This document shows positions 44,191-64,000 of a stretch of 64,000 nucleotides of DNA, piece by piece. How positions within the stretch are numbered: position 1 is the stretch's first letter; the number at the start of each line of letters is the position of its first letter. Made by a program: the position numbers and the translations under genes. A model generated the notes under the pieces. The model worked only from the letters and a program-made list of their open reading frames with translations, ran no database searches and was not told where the DNA came from. Source of the DNA: the human T2T-CHM13v2.0 reference genome, Homo sapiens; NCBI RefSeq assembly GCF_009914755.1, contig NC_060947.1. One strand, given 5' to 3'.

Positions 44191-45788
44191 GCCAATACCT
44201 TCAACTCCTGCCGCATCCCATGCACACCAAATGACCTGGTCTCCCAGCACTGACTAGTGGTTCCAGAGCAGTGGGCATTGCAAGTGACATCAGAAGGGAT
44301 GGTTAGAGAAAATGGGATATAAGGCCTTGAAGGGAACAGGAAAGGGCAAACTGAGGAGGGGATGAAGGGGTGGAGGAGCTAGCCCATTTCTACGAGTACA
44401 TATGTGTGAGAATATATAGCTAATGTTTACTTAGAATGTGTTTCTTTACAAACTTCAATGCATATTCCATGCATATTCAAGGATATATATTTGTACATGC
44501 ATGTACGTAAATAGGCATTCAAGCACATAACTACAATAGAGTTAATCAATTTTATTTATTCATTTTTAAACAGGTTAATGCATGGACATATTAATGTGTA
44601 TGTGCAATGAATGCTTCAAAATTTTCAAAAACACTGGCTAATTGTTTCCCCCACTTCTTTTTACTCAAACCGTAAATACATTTTTTCAGAATTTCCCACC
44701 ATTGGCAGGAAATAGCTATATTTTAAGTTATGTGCTTTCTAAATAAGTATAATTCTGGAAGTTGTAAAACCCCAATAGAAGCTCTACTTCAGTAACTGGT
44801 GCACAGTGAGTATTCTTAGCTTATGCATACACAGATATTTATTGGATAATGATATGTCAAATGATGTACGGGGCACTTGGGATTCACAAAGAATTGGGCA
44901 GTGTCCTTGCCTTCAAATATCTCACAGAAAACAGAAATTAAACAAATGTAATTTATGATCTGGTACTGGGACCAGGATAGAAGTCTGATCTTCATGTATG
45001 TCACACTCTCTCCAGCTTCTAAGACCTCATATATATTATTCCACTCTCTGGAAAATTCTAGTTCTGCTTTTCACCTAACTCCTATTTATTTGCTATATCT
45101 CAGATAGCGTGTCTCTTCTTTTGAAAGGCTATATCTTGCCTCCATCTTGATATATACTGTCAGAACATCTTGAATTCCCCTACTGCTATGAGCACCTATC
45201 ACTGTTTGTTGTAGTTTCTTGTTTTGTTGTCTTCCTCAACAGACCATGAGCTCCACAAGGACTGAGATCAAGGATGCCTTACTCATTTCTATATCCAGGA
45301 GCCTACTTCAGTACCTGCCATACCAGTGTGAGGAAAGACACTATGACAGCTGGAGGGCTCAGTTCATAGGATGGGGATAAAAAACAGTTAGAAAAAAATG
45401 AATCCATGCCAATTTCCTATTCATATATCACAGTCAAAGTTGCATGATCGGACATGACTAGATGCTGGAAATTCACTGATGTAGGTTGTATTCTTAATAT
45501 TCAAATAGTCGAGGATTTTATTTAGCAAGGAAATAAAATTTGGGAGCAATGATTTTATGAAAGATGTCCTATTTCACGGAAAGGACACAGAAAAAAACAG
45601 TGCCTCTTTCTCTTCTTGATTCTATTCTTCCTGGTTGTAATTCCTAGAATGCTTATTATAGAGGAAAGCATCCTAACTACTGGGCTTCTTTCCCAGAGAT
45701 TCTGAGGAAGCAAGCGTCATCCCATTCCCTATGAATTTCTCAAGTGTTAAAGTAAAATCATCCAACAATGTGCCATCACTTATAACGT

Positions 45789-45802
45789 CCACTGGAGGGC
45801 GA
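45789..45802 (+). promoter_or_regulatory. Candidate CTCF core motif
   Basis: CCACTGGAGGGCGA resembles the CTCF core CCAC(C/T)AG(A/G)GGGCGC; retained CpGs nearby; motif match only. Confidence 0.5.
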
Positions 45803-46762
45803 TATACTACTGCTGGTACCACCTTCTATAGCATAGCCCGCGAGGACTAACTTTAGTTTCCTAACAATGTAATTATAAGTCCTCATAGTGCAGAACACCT
45901 AATAAATAAAAGAAGCCTTTTCAGTAGATGTGAAGATACAGATGAGAAGATGGAAATGGCACCAGCCCTGCGCCCACCTCCCATTTCCTTACCTATGACC
46001 CCAGGGTAGACCAGGTTCCCAGGGGTCCTGTAATACTTCCCCTCCATGCTGACTTGTGACTAACACAGAACACAGAGCTAATGGTTTCACCTAGAACATG
46101 GCCGGTCTCTTTAGGTTCCTGGGTATCTCATCCTGGAGAGAGGACAAGATTAGGAGATGAGTGTTATTATCATAACAATTTTAGAGATGAGGACACTAAA
46201 ACTGAGGTCCAAATAAGTTTATTAACTGGCCCAAGAATAAACTTATTAACTGGCCTCTTTTCTGTGCTCCCACAGCACCCCACTTTTTCCTAGTCACACT
46301 GTATTTGGAGGCTTTCTCATTCGCTAAATGGAAGTGATAAGGACCTAGAGACTGTGTTTTTTGTTCACTGTTCTATCTTAGCATGGAAAACAGTGCTGGG
46401 CAGCCAGGAGGCATAAAGTGGAGGAAGGCTAGGCAGAGAATAGGGTATGAGGTGGGAGAGGATGAGGTTCCATCTATGGTGATTCCCCTGTCACAGCTTG
46501 GATGAATGTGGATGGGGAAGAAACAGTGGATGTTGTCTGATAAATCCATTAAGAGGAGAAAGATCATGCAGCACCCTACGGATTTACTTCCTATTACTCC
46601 TTCTACCCTGTCACTGGATTGATGTAACTCTCACTTTAAGTGTCCAAAAACATCGCACCTGAGAGGGTATCCATGAAAGTATCTAAATCTTAGGATAGAG
46701 TGCAATCATGACCCTTGGTTCTATTTATCAGTGTCGTCACCTAATAAGAGCAACCATCATAG

Positions 46763-47064
<302 letters not shown>

Positions 47065-48275
47065 TAGTGCATAGAAGAGTTGGGTTTTCAGCCCTTGCTC
47101 TTTCCTTGAAGTAAGAGATGCCTGAAGCATGGCACAGTGGCCACTGTCAGGGTCCATGATCACTAATGGCTCACAAACATTCATTCACAATTTTGAAGTG
47201 TAAGATATACTTCTGTGCAATAGAAAAAAAGACAGCTAACACATAAAGTAACATTAACTTTAAAGCCTCCTTTGGAAATAAAGGGGAAAACACTGACTTC
47301 CTGGAACCTGTGGTAAAATCCCCCAAAGACTCCCTTAAACACCTCTTGCTTTCCCCTATATTCCTTGCTGGATATAAGCTGCTCGTTGCTTCTCTTTCTC
47401 TCCAGTTCTTACTCAGTCATCCCCTTCCCCAACAGCTTGTTCTTTCTCAGGTTTTAGCCCCCCTCCCATTCCTTCTCACCAGCACAACAGTCCTCTGCTT
47501 GCATTCTCACACACAGAAACCAGCCTAGCATGCTTAAACTGTATGCCAAGTTAAAAGGGTGCTTGGCACTCTTGAACATGAGTCTTTAACCAAACTGATG
47601 AATGATTTGCACATGGCTTAGAGAAGCAAAAATTATCAGAACACGCTTTAAAAGTCATTCTCAGAAAAAGAGAGAAATTATATATACACATTTCTTTGGA
47701 CAGAAACACTGACATGGCAGAAGCATGACATCTTGAGTCATTTTTTTCCATCCCTCTGGATCTATTCTATGCAATGGAGTGTAATATAGGTGTAACTCAG
47801 TGCAATTTGGTATTTTCTGACCACCAATATGACTGAACCACCTAAGGCATATATGCATGTTCATGTTCTCCCTTCCTCTCTCCCTCCCTACCTCAACTCA
47901 ATCCCTAGGTGGAGAAGGACTGGGGCAAGCTATTCCAAAGAACAAAGGAGGAATCTTGGGGAGTAGAGCAACATGTTGGAGAAACCAGGTCACAAAAACC
48001 TTCCCTTTAGGTAGGGGTAGGGGAAGATGGAAAAGAAGAGGTATGAATTGAAAGGTGGTAGCATCTCTTATGTGAGGCATAGCCATGTCATCTCTCATAT
48101 ACATGGAAACACAAACTTACTTAATTGATCTCTTTTCCCTTCGTTGAAAAGGTAAGTCAAGTTAAACAATTCAACATCCAATGAAACATGTACAGAGGAG
48201 AGACAGACAGCAAGTAAAAGACATATGGAAAGAGTATCCAGGCCCTTTTACCGAAGTAGTAGAACAATGCAGACA

Positions 48276-48281
48276 TTTATT
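48276..48281 (-). terminator. Candidate polyadenylation signal (AATAAA) of the CENPV-like gene
   Basis: TTTATT on the plus strand, the first AATAAA I found about 1.0 kb downstream of the stop codon, followed by T/GT-rich sequence on the minus strand. Confidence 0.6.
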
Positions 48282-49169
48282 AGAAGTTTGCTCCTTTGAA
48301 ATATTATTATTACACTGAAAGTTGGAAAAAAGCTAAACATCCATCAGAGGAGGTTGATTACATAAATTATGAAAGATCCATATTTTTTAATTCTATGAAG
48401 CCATAAAATGATAATACTGATATGTATCATTGAACCCACCACTGATTGTTTGATAAAAATTTCAGATACCAAGAATTACATATAAATTAGAGTTGGTTTT
48501 GTAATATACAGCATAGAAATACATACTTTTCTATTATTAAATATTTACTGATTTCTGAATACTTACACATGTATAAGATAGGTATTTAGAAAGATTAAAG
48601 AGGGCATACAGCACACAGACGTTTCTCATTCCTATCTCCCATCTCCTTTCCCAGAGACAGTTTCTAAAACAAAACTGAGGAAAATACTAACATCATTCGT
48701 CTAATAAGAGCAATGAGGTATGTAATACTAATGAATCTTAAAACATATCATATAAAAAACACTAGATAACTGGACTAAGTAGTGCAAACGTGAATGTCTA
48801 TCTAAAACACACACGTCGCACACACACGATAATGAATGGAAGACGTCCTAGCACATGTTTACAAACTGTTTGTGTGTTGCCGTCCTACACACCAGACGCA
48901 AAGCGCTGAAAACAACAAGCCTGTTCACAATAGCACCAGGAACGTACAGTACACAGGAATCATCTGCAGGTGATTTGTGACAACTGTAGGCAGAACAGTA
49001 AAAGCGAGAGATACAATGGATGGTTTGAAAAATCAGAGACACTCTTCTTCCTTATCGAATTGCAAGATTAACGTTGTACTACGCAGACAAAGGTGTGTTC
49101 AAGATTTGGATCGTAAGCGAGTTCACTGAAAACTAGCGGAGGGGAAGGGCAAATACTGGAAGGGAATCC

Positions 49170-50234
<1,065 letters not shown>

Positions 50235-52729
50235 CTATCACAACAGCCTTTGCTGGCCCGAAATTCTGACTGAGCCTATCAGTTGCCCCTTCTCCTAGAT
50301 GTTAATTTCTATTGTTGATTCAAATCATCAGCCTAACCTTAACATATTGAACCACTGAAAATACTGTAGATCTTTTAGTTAGCATGCAACAGCAGGTAGA
50401 TCAGCTTAAGAAAAAAGAATTATTCATCTACTATAGAAGAGACAGAGTCATGCATAAAGCCTTGGGGGGAGAAAATGTGTGGTGTGTAAGTAGTTGTACC
50501 AAAGTTAAGTGTAGTAAAGATGATGATCCACAGTACTATGTTACATCGGTGGACCCAACCAGAGAAAATACAGGCAAAAAAAAATTTACTCATTTAAATC
50601 CATCTTCTAAGGACAAGAGATAAAAGAAGAAACAGTACATTTATTTTTGTGTCTGTGCCAAGAACAAATTAACAGCTCTGGCAGGCATGAATATGAAGTG
50701 GATATTTTGTTCTTTTAAGATTGATTTGGTTGATCGTTGGGCATAGTCAGAGGAGAGACCCCACAAAATGAGCACAGATCTTCTTTTCTGGGGTGCAATA
50801 AGTACCTGGGAAAACAGTGAGCAGTCTTAGGAAAGCTGCTTCTTGTGAGTTAAGTAGTAACATCCACACACATGGGTTTTAAGCAGAGATGCATCCATCT
50901 ACCCACAACCTAGATTCAATGATTCTTAACATTTTGTTGTATGTACCTATATGCGACAACTGTAGACAGAACAGTAATTCGATAGGAATTACATGTATCT
51001 ATATGCATGCATATGTGCATACATTTTTTCAAAAACATTTAAAGTAAGATACATACATTAATGCCATGTTGTCTCAATATTTCAGCACTCACATCCTAAG
51101 AATAAACATATAATTTCTCTTTTTTTGAAGCTCAAGATTATGTATTTACTTATTTTTGTAAGTTCGGTGCTACATGTGCAGGTTTGTTACTTGGATATGT
51201 TGTGTAGTGGTAAGGTTTGGGGTTCTAGTGTACCCATCTCCCAAACGGTAAACACCGTAGTCAGTTGGTACTTTTTCAACTCTCATTTCCCTCCCACCCT
51301 CCCTGCTTTTGCAGTCCCCGTGTCTATTATTTCCCTCTGTGTGTGCATGTGTACCCATTGTTTAGCTTCCACTTATGAATGAGAATTTGATTTTCTGTTT
51401 TTGGGTTATTTTATTTAGGATAATAGCCTCAAGCTCCATCTATGTTGCTGCAAAATACATGATGTTATTCTTTTTTATGGCAGTGTAGTATTCCATGGTG
51501 TATATATAGCATATTTTTCTTTATTCAATCATCTGTTAATGGACACAAAGTCCATGACTTCGCTATTGTGAATAGCACTGCAATAAACATACCAGTGCAG
51601 GTGTCTTTTTGATGTAACGATTTATTTTCCTTTGAGTAGATACCCAGTAGTGGGATTGCTAGGTCAAATGGTAGTTCTATTTTTAACTCTTTAAGGATCT
51701 CCATACTGCTTTCCACAGGAGTCGTACTAATTCCCACCAACACGATATAAACGTTTTCTTTTCTCTGCATCCTTGCCAACATCTGTTAGTTTTTGGCTTT
51801 TTAATAATAGCCATTCTGACTGCTGTGAGATGGTATCTCTCTCCTTGTGATTTTAATTTACATTTCTCTGATAATTAGCAATGCTGAGCATTTTTTCAAG
51901 TGTTTGTTGGACATTCGTATGTCTTCTTTTGAGAAATGTCTGTTCATGTCCTTTGCCCACTTTTTAATGGGGTTATGTTTTTTTTCTTGTTGATTTGTTT
52001 CGTTCCTTATAGATTCTGGATATTAGTCCTTTGTCAGATGCATTGTTTGTGAATATTTTCTCCCATTCTGTAGGTTGTCTGTTTACTCTGTTGATTGCTT
52101 CTTTTGCTGTGCAGAAGCTGTGCAGTTTAATTAAGTCCAATTTGTCTATTTTTCTTTTTCCTGCATTGTTTTTCAGGTCTCAGTCATAAATTCTTTCCCT
52201 AGGCCAATCTCCTGAAAAGTTTTTCCTAGGCTTCCTTCTATGATTTTTATAGTTTCAGGTATTACGTTTAGGTCTTTAATCCATCTTGACTTAATTTTTG
52301 TGTATGGTGAGAGATAGGGGTCCATATTCTTCTGCGTATGGTGCTAATTTTCCCAGCACCATTTATTGAATAGGGTGTCCTTTCCCCGTTGTTTATTTTT
52401 GTCAACTTTGTTGGAGATCAGTTGGTTATGGCTGTGTAGCTTCACTTCTGAGTTATCTGTTCTGTTCCATTGATGTGTCTATTTTTGTATCAGTATCATG
52501 CTGTTTTAGTTACTATAGCCTTGTAGTTATAGTTTGAAGTTAAGTAATGTGATGCCTTTGGCTTTTGTCTTTTTGCTTGTGATTGCTTTGACTATTTACT
52601 CTTTTTTTGGTTCCATATGAATTTTAGAATTTATTTCTAATTCTGTGAAAAATGATATTGGTAATTTGATAGAAATTACATTGAATCTGTAGATTAATTT
52701 GGGCAGTATGGTCATTTTCATATTATTAA

Positions 52730-53276
<547 letters not shown>

Positions 53277-54417
53277 CTGATATTAATTCTTCTAATCCAT
53301 GAGCATGGGATGTTTTTTCATTTGCTTGTGTCATCTACAATTTCTTTCAGCAGTGTCTTGTAGTTTTCCTTGCAGAGCTCTTTTATTTCCTTGCTTAAAT
53401 GTATTTCTAGGTGTTTTATTTGTTTGTGTGTGAATATTGTAGATGGGATTGAGTTCTTGTTTTTATTTTTAGCTTGAACACTGTTGGTGTATAGAAGTGC
53501 AACTGATTTTTGTATGTTAATTTTGTGACCTGAAACTTTACTGAAGTCCTTTATCAAGTCTAGGAGTCTTTTGGAAGAATCTTCAGGGTTTTCTAGGTAC
53601 AAGATCAAGATATAATTTGTTATACAGCCACAATATCATTTTCACATCTACAAATCATTAATGATTTCCTAATATCTTCTAACTCCCAGTAGATGTTTAA
53701 ATTTCTCCAATTGTTTCCTAAATGTGTTTTATAAAAAGATTCTTCCCTAAACACACTCTAATTAATATTTACACATCAGATTCAGTTGATATGTCTTTTT
53801 AGTCTCTTCACCAACATTTATTTTAATAGGCCAGGACAGTTATCTGCTGATTTTGTCTGATTGTTTCCTGTGCCATTAGATTGCTCACTTATCTATTTCC
53901 TATATAACTAAAAGTCACATCTAAAGGCTTAATTAAATTCAAGTTACATGTTTTGGCAACTATGTCTCATAGGTGGTATTGCATACTTCATATTTCACCA
54001 CATCAGAGGTTTGTGATACCAAATTATTCCAGTAGTAATAAAACTAAATGTTATCTCTTCACTAAAGTGGTAATTGCTATATTTTTCTATTATGAAAGCA
54101 TGGTCTTTCTTTGCAATAAGCAAGTAATCTTGTTGCAGGACAAGCAAACCCCAAATCAAGACTTAACCAAAAAGGGTTCTTGGCTTCACCCAGAAAGGAT
54201 TTCAAGGGTTAGCCGGTAGTATTAGCTAGCAATCTTCTATTGAACACACTGCTCCCCTTAGAGCATAGCTAACTCATAGGCAGTGCACCCAGAGTCAGCA
54301 AAGTATGATGCTCTTGGCAACTGTATTTATACTTACATGGACCCTCTTTCAATTACCTGCAAATTAAGGGGCAGGTCAATGCAAATTGAGGGGTGAGGTA
54401 TTTAAAACTTTCTAGGG

Positions 54418-60549
<6,132 letters not shown>

Positions 60550-61807
60550 CCTCACTATTATTAATAAAACACTCTAGAATACTTATTTTAAAAAAAACTT
60601 TCTAGGGAAGAGGTGATAACTTCTTGATTGTTGTCATGGCAAGCGTAAACTGTGATGGCACTGGTGGGAGGGTCTTATGCTAATGAGTAGTGACGGCGGC
60701 TAGGGATTGCGCTCATCACCATCTACTGGTTCCTGCTAGTTTCTTTGCTTCATCCCGTCTGGAGCAGATCCTGTTTTGGTCCGCAGGGTTGTGACCAGAA
60801 AACAAGTCCTGTTGGTCTCCCACCTCAATCTGACGGATATTATTTTGACACAGTGTAAGTATCTTGTTCCTTTACAGCTTTTTTCCTTGTGGTTTTAGAA
60901 TCTGTCAGTAATCTTTGACTGAACCAATTATTTCACTGTTGTTACGTTACAAAATGATACTTTTCTAATTCTAAATTCCCTTCTATTTTTATTAGCTGGT
61001 ATTCACCCATAAAGACGAGCTTTTTCTCATCAACTGTGGATGGACTATTTTTTCTCCCTTAAAGGCAGGATACATGCTTTATTCTTTTACTTTAATTATC
61101 ATTTTGCGGAATAAAGAGTTGGAGTAATAGAAATCTCCAATTATGAAACATTATTCTCCCTTTTTCTATCTTTCTCTCTCTTTCTCTGGGTATAACTTTG
61201 GATTCACGGATTTTTATTCATTTAATAATTTACAATCATCAAGTAAGTAATCGAATTATCCCAATTTTGGCCCATGGGATTTCTTTCAAACTGGTTCCTG
61301 TATCCTTTTGCATTTCTCCATTAATCTTTGAGCACTTCCTTGTTTCCTGGAACAACTAGATGCCCCAGTATCTCTTTGTAATTTTTACTTTTGCCATCTG
61401 ATCCCTGGAATCACATATTTCTCCAAAGACCTCCGGTTCCTTTTAGCAGAGTATGATATTTAGAACCATACCTGGGCACATCATGACACATTATTTATTA
61501 TCAAAATTTTTATTGAATAGTTGTAGACATGCATACTGTTGTAATATATAATACAGAGAGATCTCTTGTACCCTTTATCCAGTTTCCTCCAATAGAACCA
61601 TTTTGCCAAACTATAGTAAGACAACTTGTATATTTGTATATTTTTATTGATAAAATCGACCAATTTTGTTCGAATTTCCCCAGTTTTAAATGTATTCATC
61701 TGTATGTGTGTATTTGTTCTGTGAAACATATATATGTGATATATATGTGATATAGAACAAATACACACATACAGATATAGAGATAAGTGTATTGCATGTA
61801 TGTGTGC

Positions 61808-61984
61808 ATATATATATATATATTATATATATATATAATATATATATATTATATATATATTTTATATATATATAATATATATATATATTATATATATATA
61901 TAATATATATATATATTTTATATATATATATTATATATATATTATATATATATATATATATATATTTTATATATATATAATATA

Positions 61985-62034
<50 letters not shown>
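61808..62034. repeat. Interrupted (TA)n tract, about 227 bp
   Basis: Pure A/T run made of TA units with TT, AA and TTTT interruptions. Confidence 0.97.
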
Positions 62035-62037
<3 letters not shown>

Positions 62038-62939
62038 GGTTTTATAGGTTCATGTCCCATCATTACAATCAGTAACACCGGTACCACAAATCTGTCCCAC
62101 ATTTCCAATATTTTGTCATTTCCAAAATTTTATATAAATGAAATCAAACAGTAAGTAACTGTTTTGAATTGGCTTTTTTCTCTCAGAATTATACTCTGAG
62201 TATCATCCAAGTTGTTGAGTGTATTGATAGTTCATTCTTTTTTATTGTTGAGTGGTGTGTGTGTACTATAATTTGCTTAAACATTTACCTGTTTAAGGAT
62301 ATCTCCCAGATTTTTAGCTATGACAAATAAATATTCCACAGACATTTGTGTACAGGTTTCTGTGTGAACATAAGTCTTCATTTTGCTAAGATGAAGAACG
62401 CGATTGCTAGAGCATATAATAATTGCATATCTTGTTTTATAAGAAACTGCCAAACTATTTTTCAGAGTGACTGTACAATTATACATTCTCACCAGCAATG
62501 CACGAGTGATCCAATGTCTCCATATCCTCCCCAGCATTTTGTGTTGTCACTGATTTTTATTTTAGCAATTCTGATACGTATGTAGTGATATCTCATTATG
62601 ATTTTAATTTGCATCTCTCTCATTGCTAATGGTGTTGGGCATCTTTTCAAGTATTTATATGCCATCTGTGCAGCCGTATGTCTTTGCCCATTTTCTAATT
62701 GGGTTTTTGTTGGCTTTTATTTGTTTATTTCACATTTTTACTGTTGAGTTTAAGAGTTATTTGTATTCTGAATAGTATTTCTTTGTTAGATATATGGCTT
62801 GTAAATATTTTCTTTTAGTCTGTATTTATTTTTTCATCCTCTTCACAATGGTCTGAGAACTTTTTGGTTCTGAATCACACAGATTTTCTCATGTTTTTTT
62901 TTTCTCAAAGTTTTAATGTGATTCACTTTCAGTTAATTA

Positions 62940-63242
62940 TCATTATTATTACTTTTTTGAGACAGGGTCTGGCTCTGTCACCCAGACTGGAGGGCAGTCG
63001 CCCAATCTCTGCTCACTGCAACCTCGGCCTTCTGGGGCTCAAATGATTCTCCCACCTCAGCCACCCGAGTAGCTGGGATTACAGATGCGCCCTACCATGC
63101 CCTGCTAATTTTTGTATTTTTTATAGAGATGGGGTTTCACCGTATCGCCTAGGCTGGTCTCAAACTCCTGAGCTCAAGTGATCCACCCGCCTCAGCCTCT
63201 CAAATTGCTGGGATTACAGGCATGAGCCACTGCACCCAGCCC
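62940..63242 (-). mobile_element. AluJ
   Basis: 'gagacagggtct', 'gggctcaaatgat', 'ctgagctcaagtgatcc'; TSD cactttca..taatt. Confidence 0.92.
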
Positions 63243-63828
63243 ACTTTCAACTAATTTTTATATAAGGTGTTAGGTTTAGATCAAGCCTTTATTTTCTTAC
63301 TTTCTGGTTTTTTTCCCCATAGGAATGTCCAATTTCCTTAGCACCATTTTATTGAAAAAGCTATCCTTTCTCCACTGAATTGCTCTTCCACCATTGTCAA
63401 AAATCAGTTGAGCATATTTGTGTCTGTCTATTTCTGGATTCTCTATTGTGTTTCATTGATCTGTGCAGCCATACCTGCCCCAATACCACACTGTCTTGAC
63501 TACAGCCTTATTATCAGATAGGTAATTCCTCAAATTTTTGTTGTTTTTCAAGATTATTTAAGCTATTCTAGGACCTGTGTCTTTCCATACAAATTTTAGA
63601 ATAAGCTTGTCTATGTCTGCAAGAACTTTGCTGGGATTTAGATAGGAACTACATTAAACCTATAGATCAGTTTGTGGAGAATTGACGCCTTTACTGTACT
63701 GAGCCTTCCAATCAACTAACACAGTGTACTTCACCATTTATTTACTTCTTCTTTGATTGTTTTCATCACTATATTGTAATAGTGTTCAGCACACAAATAC
63801 TGTTCATGTTTTGTTAAATTCATACCTA

Positions 63829-64000
63829 TGTTTCTTAGTCTACTTGGGCTGCCATAACAAAATCCCATAGCCTGGGTGGCTTAAACAATATAAATTTGTT
63901 TTCTCACAGTTCTAGAGACTGGAAATCAGAGATCATGGTGTCAGCATGGTCAGGTTCTGGTGAGGGCTCTCTTTCTGTGCTCAGATGACCTTTCTCAGAG
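63829..64000 (-). mobile_element. MaLR MLT1 LTR (runs off the window)
   Basis: tcttagtctacttgggctgccataacaaaa...ggcttaaacaa...ttctcacagttctagag...ttctggtgagggc. Confidence 0.85.

Larger units (their letters stand above)
61500..63828 (-). mobile_element. Old L1MC/MD-type 3' end and ORF2 remnant
   Basis: 'gtaatatataatacagagagatctcttgtaccctttatccagtttcc' 3'UTR and decayed ORF2. Confidence 0.8.

Noticed and set aside
61686-62108. 140-aa Tyr/Ile-rich ORF
   Set aside because: It is a translation of the (TA)n tract.

Overview
Primate (almost certainly human) genomic DNA. It is AT-rich and dominated by interspersed repeats: about a dozen Alus, five primate L1PA copies, several older L1M copies, ERV1/ERVL/MaLR solo LTRs, hAT DNA transposons, and MIR/L2 remnants. 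The only credible gene is an intronless, CpG-island-embedded retrocopy of CENPV on the minus strand (49281-50144, 287 aa, GFA zinc domain intact). From memory this matches CENPVL3 at Xp11.22; I could not check that here. No prokaryotic-type systems, tRNA/rRNA genes or CRISPR arrays are present, and I cannot claim a new biological system. The most notable structure is as follows. (1) An 89-unit GAA/TTC tract with 68 uninterrupted units replaces an Alu tail about 2.6 kb upstream of the gene. (2) A full-length L1PA has an open antisense ORF0, and its antisense promoter points through the GAA tract into the gene. (3) Two inverted L1PA copies bracket the gene; they have different TSDs but share about 10 apparent non-consensus changes, including two nonsense codons. 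(4) A 2.55-kb block of older repeats sits inside a younger L1 in place of about 0.5 kb of ORF2. (5) The full-length L1 carries a short 3' transduction. (6) An ancient ~0.4-kb duplicated block carries a CTCF-like core. Repeat subfamily names come from recalled consensus sequences, and boundaries without a stated TSD are approximate.
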